This document shows, in pieces, positions 11,501 through 25,384 of a stretch of DNA of 64,000 bases. Numbering within the stretch: position 1 is the first letter of the stretch; each line of letters begins with the position of its first letter. The notes under the pieces are model-generated. The model made no database searches and had not been told where the DNA came from. It saw nothing but the letters and a program-made list of their open reading frames with translations. Origin of the DNA: Eledone cirrhosa (taxonomy: Eukaryota); contig OZ024741.1 of the NCBI GenBank assembly GCA_964016885.1, forward strand, positions 244,218,001 through 244,282,000, read 5' to 3'. Made by a program: the position numbers and the translations under genes.

Positions 11501-14500
11501 TCGCCGCCGGACTTCAGCTTCCTCATTTAGCATGGGCAGCTTTTCTTGAAAATCACACCACACACAGCAAATGTGTGTCTGCACATGTAACAGTACGTAC
11601 AGATCGATCCGACCACGGGCGGCCGGACCACATTCGAAAAGGTTACTCCGCCTGCAAATCGTCATTTTCGGATTCGTTTTCTTCGAAACACACCATTCGC
11701 CGGCGGACTTCAGCTGCCTCATTTAACATGGGCAGTTTTTCTTGAAGATCACACCACACACAGCCAATGAGTGTTTGCACATGTACCAGTAATTACAGAT
11801 CGATCCGACCACGGGCGGCTGGCCCACGATCGAAAAAAAGGTAACTCCGCCTGCAAATAGTCATTTTTGTGATTCGTTTTCTTCGAAGCACACCATTCGC
11901 CGCCGGACTTCAGCTGCCTCATTTAACATGGGCAGTTTTTCTTGAAGATCACACCACACACAGCAAATGTGTGTCTGCACATGTACCAGTAATTACAGAT
12001 CGATCCGACAACGGGCGGCCGGCCCACGATCGAAAAGGTAACTCCGCCGGCAAATTCGCATTTTTGTGATTCGTTTCTTCGAAGCACACCATTCGCTGGT
12101 GGACTTCAGCTTCCTCATTTACCACGGGCAGCTTTTCTTGAAAATCACACCACACACAGCTAATGTGTGTCTGCACATGTACCAGTACGTACAGATCGAT
12201 CCGACCACGGGCGGCCGGCCCACATTCGAAAAGGTTACTCCGCCTGCAAATCGTCATTTTCGGATTCGTTTTCTTCGAAGCACACCATTCGCCGGCGGCC
12301 TTCAGCTGCCTCATTTAACATGGGCAGTTTTTCTTGAAGATCACACCACACACCGCCAATGAGTGTTTGCACATGTACCAGTAATTACAGATCGATCCGA
12401 CCACGGGCGGCCGGCCCACGATCGAGAAAAATGTAACTCCGCCGGCAAATAGTCATTTTTGTGATTCGTTTTCTTCGAAGCACACCATTCGCCGCCGGAC
12501 TTCAGCTTCCTCATTTAGCATGGGCAGCTTTTCTTAAAAATCACACCACACTCAGCAAATGTGAGTCTGCACATGTACCAGTAATTACAGATCGATCCGA
12601 CCACTGGCGGCCTGCCCACGATCGAAAAGGTAACTCCGCCGGCAAATTCGCATTTTTGTGATTCGTTTCTTCGAAGCACACCATTCGCCGCCGGACTTCA
12701 GCTTCCTCATTTAGCATGGGCAGCTTTTCTTAAAAATCACACCATACTCAGCAAATGTGTGTCTGCACATGTACCAGTAATTACAGATCGATCCGACTAC
12801 GGGCGGCCTGCCCACGATCGAAAAGGTAACTCCGCCGGCAAATTCGCATTTTTGTGATTCGTTTCTTCGAAGCACACCATTCGCTGGTGGACTTCAGCTT
12901 CCTCATTTAACATGGGCAGCTTTTCTTGAAAATCACACCACACTCAGCAAATGTGTGTCTGCACATGTACCAGTAATTACAGATCGATCCGACCACGGGC
13001 GGCCGGCCCACGATCGAAAAGGTAACTCCGCCGGCAAATCCGCATTTTTGTGATTCGTTTCTTCGAAGCACACCATTCGCCGCCGGACTTCAGCTTCCTC
13101 ATTTAGCATGGGCGGTTTTTCTTGAAAATCACACCACACACAGCAAATGTGTGTCTGCACATGTACCAGTACGTACAGATCGATCCGACCACGGGAGGCC
13201 GGCCCACATTCGAAAAGGTTACTCCGCCTGCAAATCGTCATTTTCGGATTCGTTTTCTTCGAAGCACACCATTCGCCGGCGGACTTCAGCTGCCTCATTT
13301 AACATGGGCAGTTTTTCTTGAAGATCACACCACACACCGCCAATGAGTGTTTGCACATGTACCAGTAATTACAGATCGATCCGACCACGGGTGGCCGGCC
13401 CACGATCGAAAAGGTAACTCTGCCGGCAAATCCGCATTTTTGTGATTCGTTTCTTCGAAGCACACCATTCGCCGCCGGACTTCAGCTTCCTCATTTAGCA
13501 TGGGCAGCTTTTCTTGAAAATCACACCACACACAGGAAATGTGTGTCTGCACAACTTCCAGTAATTACAGATCGATCCGACCAGGGGCGGCCGGCCCACG
13601 ATCGAAAAGGTAACTCCGCCGGCAAATCCGCATTTTTGTGATTCGTTTCTTCGAAGCACACCATTCGCCGCCGGACTTCAGCTTCCTCATTTAGCATGGG
13701 CAGCTTTTCTTAAAAATCACACCACACTCCGCAAATGTGTGTCTGCACATGTACCAGTAATTACAGATCGATCCACCCACGGGCGGCCGGCCCACGATCG
13801 AAAATGTAACTCCGCCGGCAAATTCGCATTTTTGTGATTCGTTTCTTCGAAGCACACTATTCGCTGGTGGACATCAGCTTCCTTATTTAGCATGGGCAGC
13901 TTTTCTTGAAAATCAAACCACACACAGCAAATGTGTGTCTGCACATGTACCAGTAATTACAGATTGATCCGACCACGGGCGGCCGGCCCACGATCGAAAA
14001 GGTAACTCCGCCGGCAAATCCGCATTTTTGTGATTCGTTTCTTCGAAGCACACCATTCGCCGCCGGACTTCAGCTTCCTCATTTAGCATGGGCGGTTTTT
14101 CTTGAAAATCACACCACACACAGCAAATGTGTGTCTGCACATGTACCAGTACGTACAGATCGATCCGACCACGGGAGGCCGGCCCACATTCGAAAAGGTT
14201 ACTCCGCCTGCAAATCGTCATCTTCGGATTCGTTTTCTTCGAAGCACACCATTCGCCGGCGGACTTCAGCTGCCTCATTTAACATGGGCAGTTTTTCTTG
14301 AAGATCACACCACACACCGCCAATGAGTGTTTGCACATGTACCAGTAATTACAGATCGATCCGACCACGGGCGGCCGGCCCACGATCGAGAAAAAGGTAA
14401 CTCTGCCGGCAAATAGTCATTTTTGTGATTCGTTTTCTTCGAAGCACACCATTCGCCGCCGGACTTCAGCTTCCTCATTTAGCATGGGCAGCTTTTCTTG

Positions 14501-17500
14501 AAAATCACACCACACACAGAAAATGTGTGTCTGCACAGGTACCAGTAATTACAGATCGATCCGACCACGGGCGGCCGGCCCACGATCGAAAAGGTAACTC
14601 CGCCGGCAAATCCGCATTTTTGTGATTCGTTTCTTCGAAGCACACCATTCGCCGCCGGACTTCAGCTTCCTCATTTAGCATGGGCAGCTTTTCTTGAAAA
14701 TCACACCACACACAGCAAATCTGTGTCTGCACAGTTACCAGTAATTACAGATCGATCCGACCACGGGTGGCCGGCCCACGATCGAAAAGGTAACTCTGCC
14801 GGCAAATCCGCATTTTTGTGATTCGTTTCTTCGAAGCACACCATTCGCCGCCGGATTTCAGCTTCCTCATTTAGCATGGGCAGCTTTTCTTGAAAATCAC
14901 ACCACACACAGTAAATGTGTGTCTGCACAATTTCCAGTAATTACAGATCGATCCGACCACGGGCGGCCGGCCCACGATCGAAAAGGTAACTCCGCCGGCA
15001 AATCCGCATTTTTGTGATTCGTTTCTTCGAAGCACACCATTCGCCGCCGGACTTCAGCTTCCTCATTTAGCATGGGCAGCTTTTCTTAAAAATAACACCA
15101 CACTCAGCAAATGTGTGTCTGCACATGTACCAGTAATTACAGATCGATCCACCCACGGGCGGCCGGCCCACGATCGAAAATGTAACTCCGCCGGCAAATT
15201 CGCATTTTTGTGATTCGTTTCTTCGAAGCACACTATTCGATGGTGGACATCAGCTTCCTTATTTAGCATGGGCAGCTTTTCTTGAAAATCAAACCACACA
15301 CAGCAAATGTGTGTCTGCACATGTACCAGTAATTACAGATTGATCCGACCACGGGCGGCCGGCCCACGATCGAAAAGGTAACTCCGCCGGCAAATCCGCA
15401 TTTTTGTGATTCGTTTCTTCGAAGCACACCATTCGCCGCCGGACTTCAGCTTCCTCATTTAGCATGGGCGGTTTTTCTTGAAAATCACACCACACACAGT
15501 AAATGTGTGTCTGCACATGTACCAGTACGTACAGATCGATCCGACCACGGGCGGCCGGCCCACATTCGAAAAGGTTACTCCGCCTGCAAATCGTCATTTT
15601 CGGATTCGTTTTCTTCGAAGCACACCATTCGCCGGCGGACTTCAGCTGCCACATTTAACATGCGCAGTTTTTCTTGAAGATCACACCACACACAGCCGAT
15701 GAGTGTTTGCACATTTACCAGTAATTACAGATCGATCCGACCGCGGGCGGCCGGCCCACGATCGAAAAAAGGTAACTCCGCCGGCAAATAGTCATTTTTG
15801 TGATTCGTTTTCTTCGAAGCACACCATTCGCCGCCGGACTTCAGCTGCCTCATTTAACATGGGCAGTTTTTCTTGAAGATCACACCACACACAGCAAATG
15901 TGTGTCTGCACAGGTACCAGTAATTACAGATCGATCCGACCACGGGCGGCCGGGCCACGATCGAAAAGGTAACTCCGCCGGCAAATCCGCATTTTTGTGA
16001 TTCGTTTCTTCGAAGCACACCATTCGCCGCCGGACTTCAGCTTCCTCATTTAGCATGGGCAGCTTTTCTTGAAAATCACACCACACACAGCAAATGTGTG
16101 TCTGCACATTGACCAGTAATTACAGATCGATCCGACTACGGGCGGCCGGCCCACGATCGAGAAAAAGGTAACTCCGCCGGCAAATAGTCATTTTTGTGAT
16201 TCGTTTTCTTCGAAGCACACCATTCGCCGCCGGACTTCAGCTTCCTCATTTAGCATGGGCAGCTTTTCTTGAAAATCACACCACACACAGAAAATGTGTG
16301 TCTGCACAGGTACCAGTAATTACAGATCGATCCGACCACGGGCGGCCGGCTCACTGTCGAAAAGGTAACTCCGCCGGCAAATCCGCATTTTTGTGATTCG
16401 TTTCTTCGAAGCACACCATTCGCCGCCGGACTTCAGCTTCCTCATTTAGCATGGGCAGCTTTTCTTGAAAATCACACCACACACAGCCAATGAGTGTCTG
16501 CACATCTACCAGTAATTACAGATCGTTCCGACCACGGGCGGCCGGCCCACAATCGAAAAGGTAACTCCGCCGGCAAATTCGCATTTTTGTGATTCGTTTC
16601 TTCGAAGCACACCATTCGCTGGTGGACTTCAGCTTCCTCATTTAGCATGGGCAGCTTTTCTTGAAAATCACACCACACACAGATGATGTGTGTCTGCACA
16701 GGTAAGAGTAATTACAGATCGATCCGACCACGGGCGGCCGGCCCACAATCGAAAAGGTAACTCCGCCGGCAAATCCGCATTTTTGTGATTCGTTTCTTCG
16801 AAGCACACCATTCGCCGCCGGACTTCAGCTTCCTCATTTAGCATGGGCAGCTTTTCTTAAAAATCACACCACACTCAGCAAATGTGTGTCTGCACATGTA
16901 CCAGTAATTACAGATCGATCCGCCCACGGGCGGCCGGCCCACGATCGAAAATGTAACTCCGCCGGCAAATTCGCATTTTTGTGATTCGTTTCTTCGAAGC
17001 ACACCATTCGCTGGTGGACATCAGCTTCCTTATTTAGCATGGGCAGCTTTTCTTGAAAATCAAACCACACACAGCAAATGTGTGTCTGCACAGGTACCAG
17101 TAATTACAGATCGATCCGACCACGGGCGGCCGGCCCACGATCGAAAAGGTAACTCCGCCGGCAAATCCGCATTTTTGTGATTCGTTTCTTCGAAGCACAC
17201 CATTCGCCGCCGGACTTCAGCTTCCTCATTTAGCATGGGCAGCTTTTCTTGAAAATCACACCACACACAGCAAATGTGTGTCTGCACATGTACCAGTACG
17301 TACAGATCGATCCGACCACGGGCGGCCGGCCCACATTCGAAAAGGTTACTCCGCCTGCAAATCGTCATTTTCGGATTCGTTTTCTTCGAAGCACACCATT
17401 CGCCGGCGGACTTCAGCTGCCTCATTTAACATGGGCAGTTTTTCTTGAAGATCACACCACACACCGCCAATGAGTGTTTGCACATGTACCAGTAATTACA

Positions 17501-20500
17501 GATCGATTCGACCACGGGCGGCCGGCCCACGATCGAGAAAAAGGTAACTCCGCCGGAAAATAGTCATTTTTGTGATTCGTTTTCTTCGAAGCACACCATT
17601 CGCCGCCGAACTTCAGCTTCCTCATTTAGCATGGGCAGCTTTTCTTGAAAATCACACCGCACACAGAAAATGTGTGTCTGCACAGGTACCAGTAATTACA
17701 GATCGATCCGACCACGGGCGGCCGGCCCACGATCGAAAAGGTAACTCCGCCGGCAAATCCGCATTTTTGTGATTCGTTTCTTCGAAGCACACCATTCGCC
17801 GCCGGACTTCAGCTTCCTCATTTAGCATGGGCAGCTTTTCTTGAAAATCACACCACACACAGCAAATCTGTGTCTGCACATTTACTAGTAATTACAGATC
17901 GATCCCACCACGGGCGGCCGGCCCACGATCGAAAAGGTAACTCCGCCGGCAAATCCGCATTTTTGTGACTCGTTTCTTCGAAGCACACCATTCGCCGCCG
18001 GACTTCAGCTTCCTCATTTAGCATGGGCAGCTTTTCTTGAAAATCACACCACACACAGCCAATGAGTGTCTGCACATCTACCAGTAATTACAGATCGATC
18101 CGACCACGGGCGGCCGGCCCACAATCAAAAAGGTAACTCCGCCGGCAAATTCGCATTTTTGTGATTCGTTTCTTCGAAGCACACCATTCGCTGGTGGACT
18201 TCAGCTTCCTCATTTAGCATGGGCAGCTTTTCTTGAAAATCACACCACACACAGAAAATGTGTGTCTGCACAGGTACCAGTAATTACAGATTGATCTGAC
18301 CACGGGCGGCCGGCCCACGATCGAAAAGGTAACTCCGCCGGCAAATCCGCATTTTTGTGATTCGTTTCTTCGAAGCACACCATTCGTCGCCGGACTTCAG
18401 CTTCCTCATTTAGCATGGGCAGCTTTTTTTGAAAATCACACCACACACAGCAAATCTGTGTCTGCACATTTACCAGTAATTACAGATCGATCCGACCACG
18501 GGCGGCCGGCCCACGATCGAAAAGGTAACTCCGCCGGCAAATCCGCATTTTTGTGATTCGTTTCTTCGAAGCACACCATTCGCCGCCGGACTTCAGCTTC
18601 CTAATTTAGCATGGGCGGTTTTTCTTGAAAATCACACCACACACAGAAAATGTGTGTCTGCACATGGAACAGTACGTACAGATCGATCCGACCACGGGCG
18701 GCCGGCCCACATTCGAAAAGGTTACTCCGTTTGCAAATCGTCATTTTCGGATTCGTTTTCTTCGAAGCACACCATTCGCCGGCGGACTTCAGCTGCCTCA
18801 TTTAACATGGGCAGTTTTTCTTGAAGATCACACCACACACAGCCAATGAGTGTTTGCACATGTACCAGTAATTACAGATCGATCCGACCGCGGGCGGCCG
18901 GCCCACGATCGAAAAAAAGGTAACTCCGCCGGCAAATAGTCATTTTTGTGATTCGTTTTCTTCGAAGCACACCATTCGCCGCCGGACTTCAGCTGCCTCA
19001 TTTAACATGGGCAGTTTTTCTTGAAGATCACACCACACACAGCAAATGTGTGTCTGCACAGGTACCAGTAATTACAGATCGATCCAACCACGGGCGGCCG
19101 GGCCACGATCGAAAAGGTAACTCCGCCGGCAAATCCGCATTTTTGTGATTCGTTTCTTCGATGCACACCATTCGCCGCCGGACTTCAGCTTCCTCATTTA
19201 GCATGGGCAGCTTTTCTTGAAAATCACACCACACACAGCAAATGTGTGTCTGCACATTTACCAGTAATTACAGATCGATCCGACCACGGGCGGCCGGCCC
19301 ACGATCGAGAAAAATGTAACTCCGCCGGCAAATAGTCATTTTTGTGATTCGTTTTCTTCGAAGCACACCATTCGCCGCCGGACTTCAGCTTCCTCATTTA
19401 GCATTGGCAGCTTTTCTTGAAAATCACACCACACACAGAAAATGTGTCTCTCCACAGGTACCAGTAATTACAGATCGATCCGACCACGGGCGGCCGGCCC
19501 ACGGTCGAAAAGGTAACTCCGCCGGCAAATCCGCATTTTTGTGATTCGTTTCTTCGAAGCACACCATTCGCCGCCGGACTTCAGCTTCCTCATTTAGCAT
19601 GGGCAGCTTTTCTTGAAAATCACACCACACACAGCAAATGTGTGTCTGCACATTTACCAGTAATTACAGATCGATCCGACCACGGGCGGCCGGCCCACGA
19701 TCGAAAAGGTAACTCCGCCGGCAAATCCGCATTTTTGTGATTCGTTTCTTCGAAGCACACCATTCGCCGCCGGACTTCAGGTTCCTCATTTAGCATGGGC
19801 AGCTTTTCTTGAAAATCACACCACACACAGCCAATGAGTGTCTGCACATCTACCAGTAATTACAGATCGATCCGACCACGGGCGGCCGGCCCACAATCGA
19901 AAAGGTAACTCCGCCGGCAAATTCGCATTTTTGTGATTCGTTTCTTCGAAGCACACCATTCGCCGCCGGACTTCAGCTTCCTAATTTAGCATGGGCGGTT
20001 TTTCTTGAAAATCACACCACACACAGATGATGTGTGTCTGCACAGGTACCAGTAATTACAGATTGATGCGACCACGGGCGGCCGGCCCACGATCGAAAAG
20101 GTAACTCCGCCGGCAAATCCGCATTTTTGTGATTCGTTTCTTCGAAGCACACCATTCGCCGCCGGACTTCAGCTTCCTCATTTAGCATGGGCAGCTTTTC
20201 TTGAAAATCACACCACACACAGCAAATGTGTGTCTGCACATTTACCAGTAATTACAGATCGATCCGACCACGGGCGGCTGGCCCACGATCGAAAAGGTAA
20301 CTCCGCCGGCAAATCCGCATTTTTGTGATTCGTTTCTTCGAAGCACACCATTCGCCGCCGGACTTCAGCTTCCTAATTTAGCATGGGCGGTTTTTCTTGA
20401 AAATCACACCACACACAGAAAATGTGTGTCTGCACATGGAACAGTACGTACAGATCGATCCGACCACGGGCGGCCGGCCCACATTCGAAAAGGTTACTCC

Positions 20501-23500
20501 GCCTGCAAATCGTCATTTTCGGATTCGTTTTCTTCGAAGCACACCATTCGCCGGCGGACTTCAGCTGCCTCATTTAACATGGGCAGTTTTTCTTGAAGAT
20601 CACACCACACACAGCCAATGAGTGTTTGCACATGTACCAGTAATTACAGATCGATCCGACCGCGGGCGGCCGGCCCACGATCGAAAAAAAGGTAACTCCG
20701 CCGGCAAATAGTCATTTTTGTGATTCGTTTTCTTCGAAGCACACCATTCGCCGCCGGACTTCAGCTGCCTCATTTAACATGGGCAGTTTTTCTTGAAGAT
20801 CACACCATACACAGCAAATCTGTGTCTGCACATTTACCAGTAATTACAGATCGATCCGACCACGGACAGCCGGCCCACGATCGAGAAAAAGGTAACTCCG
20901 CCGGCAAATAGTCATTTTTGTGATTCGTTTTCTTCGAAGCACACCATTCGCCGCCGGACTTCAGCTTCCTCATTTAGCATGGGCAGCTTTTCTTGAAAAT
21001 CACACCACACACAGCAAGTCTGTGTCTGCACATTTACCAGTAATTACAGATCGATCCGACCACGGGCAGCCGGCCCACGATCGAGAAAAAGGTAACTCCG
21101 CCGGCAAATAGTCATTTTTGTGATTCGTTTTCTTCGAAGCACACCATTCGCCGCCGGACTTCAGCTTCCTCATTTAGCATGGGCAGCTTTTCTTGAAAAT
21201 CACACCACACACAGAAAATGTGTGTCTGCACAGGTACCAGTAATTACAGATCGATCCGACCACGGGCGGCCGGCCCACGGTCGAAAAGGTAACTCCGCCG
21301 GCAAATCCGCATTTTTGTGATTCGTTTCTTCGAAGCACACCATTCGCCGCCGGACTTCAGCTTCCTCATTTAGCATGGGCAGCTTTTCTTGAAAATCACA
21401 CCACACACAGCAAATGTGTGTCTGCACATTTACCAGTAATTACAGATCGATCCGACCACGGGCGGCCGGCCCACAATCGAAAAGGTAACTCCGCCGGCAA
21501 ATTCGCATTTTTGTGATTCGTTTCTTCGAAGCACACCATTCGCTGGTGGACTTCAGCTTCCTCATTTAGCATGGGCAGCTTTTCTTGAAAATCACACCAC
21601 ACACAGCAAATGTGTGTCTGCACATGTAACAGTACGTACAGATCGATCCGACCACGGGCGGCCGGACCACATTCGAAAAGGTTACTCCGCCTGCAAATCG
21701 TCATTTTCGGATTCGTTTTCTTCGAAACACACCATTCGCCGGCGGACTTCAGCTGCCTCATTTAACATGGGCAGTTTTTCTTGAAGATCACACCACACAC
21801 AGCCAATGAGTGTTTGCACATGTACCAGTAATTACAGATCGATCCGACCACGGGCGGCCGGCCCACGATCGAAAGAAATGTAACTCCGCCTGCAAATAGT
21901 CATTTTTGTGATTCGTTTTCTTCGAAGCACACCATTCGCCGCCGGACTTCAGCTGCCTCATTTAACATGGGCAGTTTTTCTTGAAGATCACACCACACAC
22001 AGCAAATGTGTGTCTGCACATGTACCAGTAATTACAGATCGATCCGACTACGGGCGGCCTGCCCACGATCGAAAAGGTAACTCCGCCGGCAAATTCGCAT
22101 TTTTGTGATTCGTTTCTTCGAAGCACACCATTCGCTGGTGGACTTCAGCTTCCTCATTTAACATGGGCAGCTTTTCTTGAAAATCACACCACACTCAGCA
22201 AATGTGTGTCTGCACATGTACCAGTAATTACAGATCGATCCGACCACGGGCGGCCGGCCCACGATCGAAAAGGTAACTCCGCCGGCAAATCCGCATTTTT
22301 GTGATTCGTTTCTTCGAAGCACACCATTCGCCGCCGGACTTCAGCTTCCTCATTTAGCATGGGCGGTTTTTCTTGAAAATCACACCACACACAGCAAATG
22401 TGTGTCTGCACATGTACCAGTACGTACAGATCGATCCGACCACGGGAGGCCGGCCCACATTCGAAAAGGTTACTCCGCCTGCAAATCGTCATTTTCGGAT
22501 TCGTTTTCTTCGAAGCACACCATTCGCCGGCGGACTTCAGCTGCCTCATTTAACATGGGCAGTTTTTCTTGAAGATCACACCACACACCGCCAATGAGTT
22601 TTTGCACATGTACCAGTAATTACAGATCGATCCGACCACGGGCGGCCGGCCCACGATCGAGAAAAAGGTAACTCCGCCGGCAAATAGTCATTTTTGTGAT
22701 TCGTTTTCTTCGAAGCACACCATTCGCCGCCGGACTTCAGTTTCCTCATTTAGCATGGGCAGCTTTTCTTGAAAATCACACCACACACAGAAAATGTGTG
22801 TCTGCACAGGTACCAGTAATTACAGATCGATCCGACCACGGGCGGCCGGCCCACGATCGAAAAGGTAACTCCGCCGGCAAATCCGCATTTTTGTGATTCG
22901 TTTCTTCGAAGCACACCATTCGCCGCCGGACTTCAGCTTCCTCATTTAGCATGGGCGGTTTTTCTTGAAAATCACACCACACACAGCAAATGTGTGTCTG
23001 CACATGTACCAGTACGTACAGATCGATCCGACCACGGGCGGCCGGCCCACGATCGAAAAGGTAACTCCGCCGGCAAATCCGCATTTTTGTGATTCGTTTC
23101 TTCGAAGCACACCATTCGTCGCCGGACTTCAGCTTCCTCATTTAGCATGGGCAGCTTTTCTTGAAAATCACACCACACACAGCAATTCTGTGTCTGCACA
23201 TTTACCCGTAATTACAGATCGATCCGACCACGGGCGGCCGGCCCACGATCGAAAAGGTAACTCCGCCGGCAAATCCGCATTTTTGTGATTCGTTTCTTCG
23301 AAGCACACCATTCGCCGCCGGACTTCAGCTTCCTAATTTAGCATGGGCGGTTTTTCTTGAAAATCACACCACACACAGAAAATGTGTGTCTGCACATGGA
23401 ACAGTACGTACAGATCGATCCGACCACGGGCGGCCGGCCCACATTCGAAAAGGTTACTCCGTTTGCAAATCGTCATTTTCGGATTCGTTTTCTTCGAAGC

Positions 23501-25384
23501 ACACCATTCGCCGGCGGACTTCAGCTGCCTCATTTAACATGGGCAGTTTTTCTTGAAGATCACACCACACACAGCCAATGAGTGTTTGCACATGTACCAG
23601 TAATTACAGATCGATCCGACCGCGGGCGGCCGGCCCACGATCGAAAAAAAGGTAACTCCGCCGGCAAATAGTCATTTTTGTGATTCGTTTTCTTCGAAGC
23701 ACACCATTCGCCGCCGGACTTCAGCTGCCTCATTTAACATGGGCAGTTTTTCTTGAAGATCACACCACACACAGCAAATGTGTGTCTGCACAGGTACCAG
23801 TAATTACAGATCGATCCAACCACGGGCGGCCGGGCCACGATCGAAAAGGTAACTCCGCCGGCAAATCCGCATTTTTGTGATTCGTTTCTTCGATGCACAC
23901 CATTCGCCGCCGGACTTCAGCTTCCTCATTTAGCATGGGCAGCTTTTCTTGAAAATCACACCACACACAGCAAATGTGTGTCTGCACATTTACCAGTAAT
24001 TACAGATCGATCCGACCACGGGCGGCCGGCCCACGATCGAAAAGGTAACTCCGCCGGCAAATCCGCATTTTTGTGATTCGTTTCTTCGAAGCACACCATT
24101 CGCCGCCGGACTTCAGCTTCCTCATTTAGCATGGGCAGCTTTTCTTGAAAATCACACCACACACAGCCAATGAGTGTCTGCACATCTACTAGTAATTACA
24201 GATCGATCCGACCACGGGCGGCCGGCTCACAATCGAAAAGGTAACTCCGCCGGCAAATTCGCATTTTTGTGATTCGTTTCTTCGAAGCACACCATTCGCT
24301 GGTGGACTTCAGCTTCCTCATTTAGCATGGGCAGCTTTTCTTGAAAATCACACCACACACAGATGATGTGTGTCTGCACAGGTACCAGTAATTACAGATT
24401 GATCCGACCACGGGCGGCCGGCCCACGATCGAAAAGGTAACTCCGCCGGCAAATCCGCATTTTTGTGATTCGTTTCTTCGAAGCACACCATTCGCCGCCG
24501 GACTTCAGCTTCCTCATTTAGCATGGGCAGCTTTTCTTGAAAATCACACCACACACAGCAAATGTGTGTCTGCACATTTACCAGTAATTACAGATCGATC
24601 CGACCACGGGCGGCTGGCCCACGATCGAAAAGGTAACTCCGCCGGCAAATCCGCATTTTTGTGATTCGTTTCTTCGAAGCACACCATTCGCCGCGGGACT
24701 TCAGCTTCCTAATTTAGCATGGGCGGTTTTTCTTGAAAATCACACCACACACAGAAAATGTGTGTCTGCACATGGAACAGTACGTACAGATCGATCCGAC
24801 CACGGGCGGCCGGCCCACATTCGAAAAGGTTACTCCGCCTGCAAATCGTCATTTTCGGATTCGTTTTCTTCGAAGCACACCATTCGCCGGCGGACTTCAG
24901 CTGCCTCATTTAACATGGGCAGTTTTTCTTGAAGATCACACCACACACAGCCAATGAGTGTTTGCACATGTACCAGTAATTACAGATCGATCCGACCGCG
25001 GGCGGCCGGCCCACGATCGAAAAAAAGGTAACTCCGCCGGCAAATAGTCATTTTTGTGATTCGTTTTCTTCGAAGCACACCATTCGCCGCCGGACTTCAG
25101 CTGCCTCATTTAACATGGGCAGTTTTTCTTGAAGATCACACCACACACAGCAAATGTGTGTCTTCACAGGTACCAGTAATTACAGATCGATCCGACCACG
25201 GGCGGCCGGGCCACGATCGAAAAGGTAACTCCGCCGGCAAATCCGCATTTTTGTGATTCGTTTCTTCGAAGCACACCATTCGCCGCCGGACTTCAGCTTC
25301 CTCATTTAGCATGGGCAGCTTTTCTTGAAAATCACACCACACACAGCAAATCTGTGTCTGCACATTTACCAGTAATTACAGATC

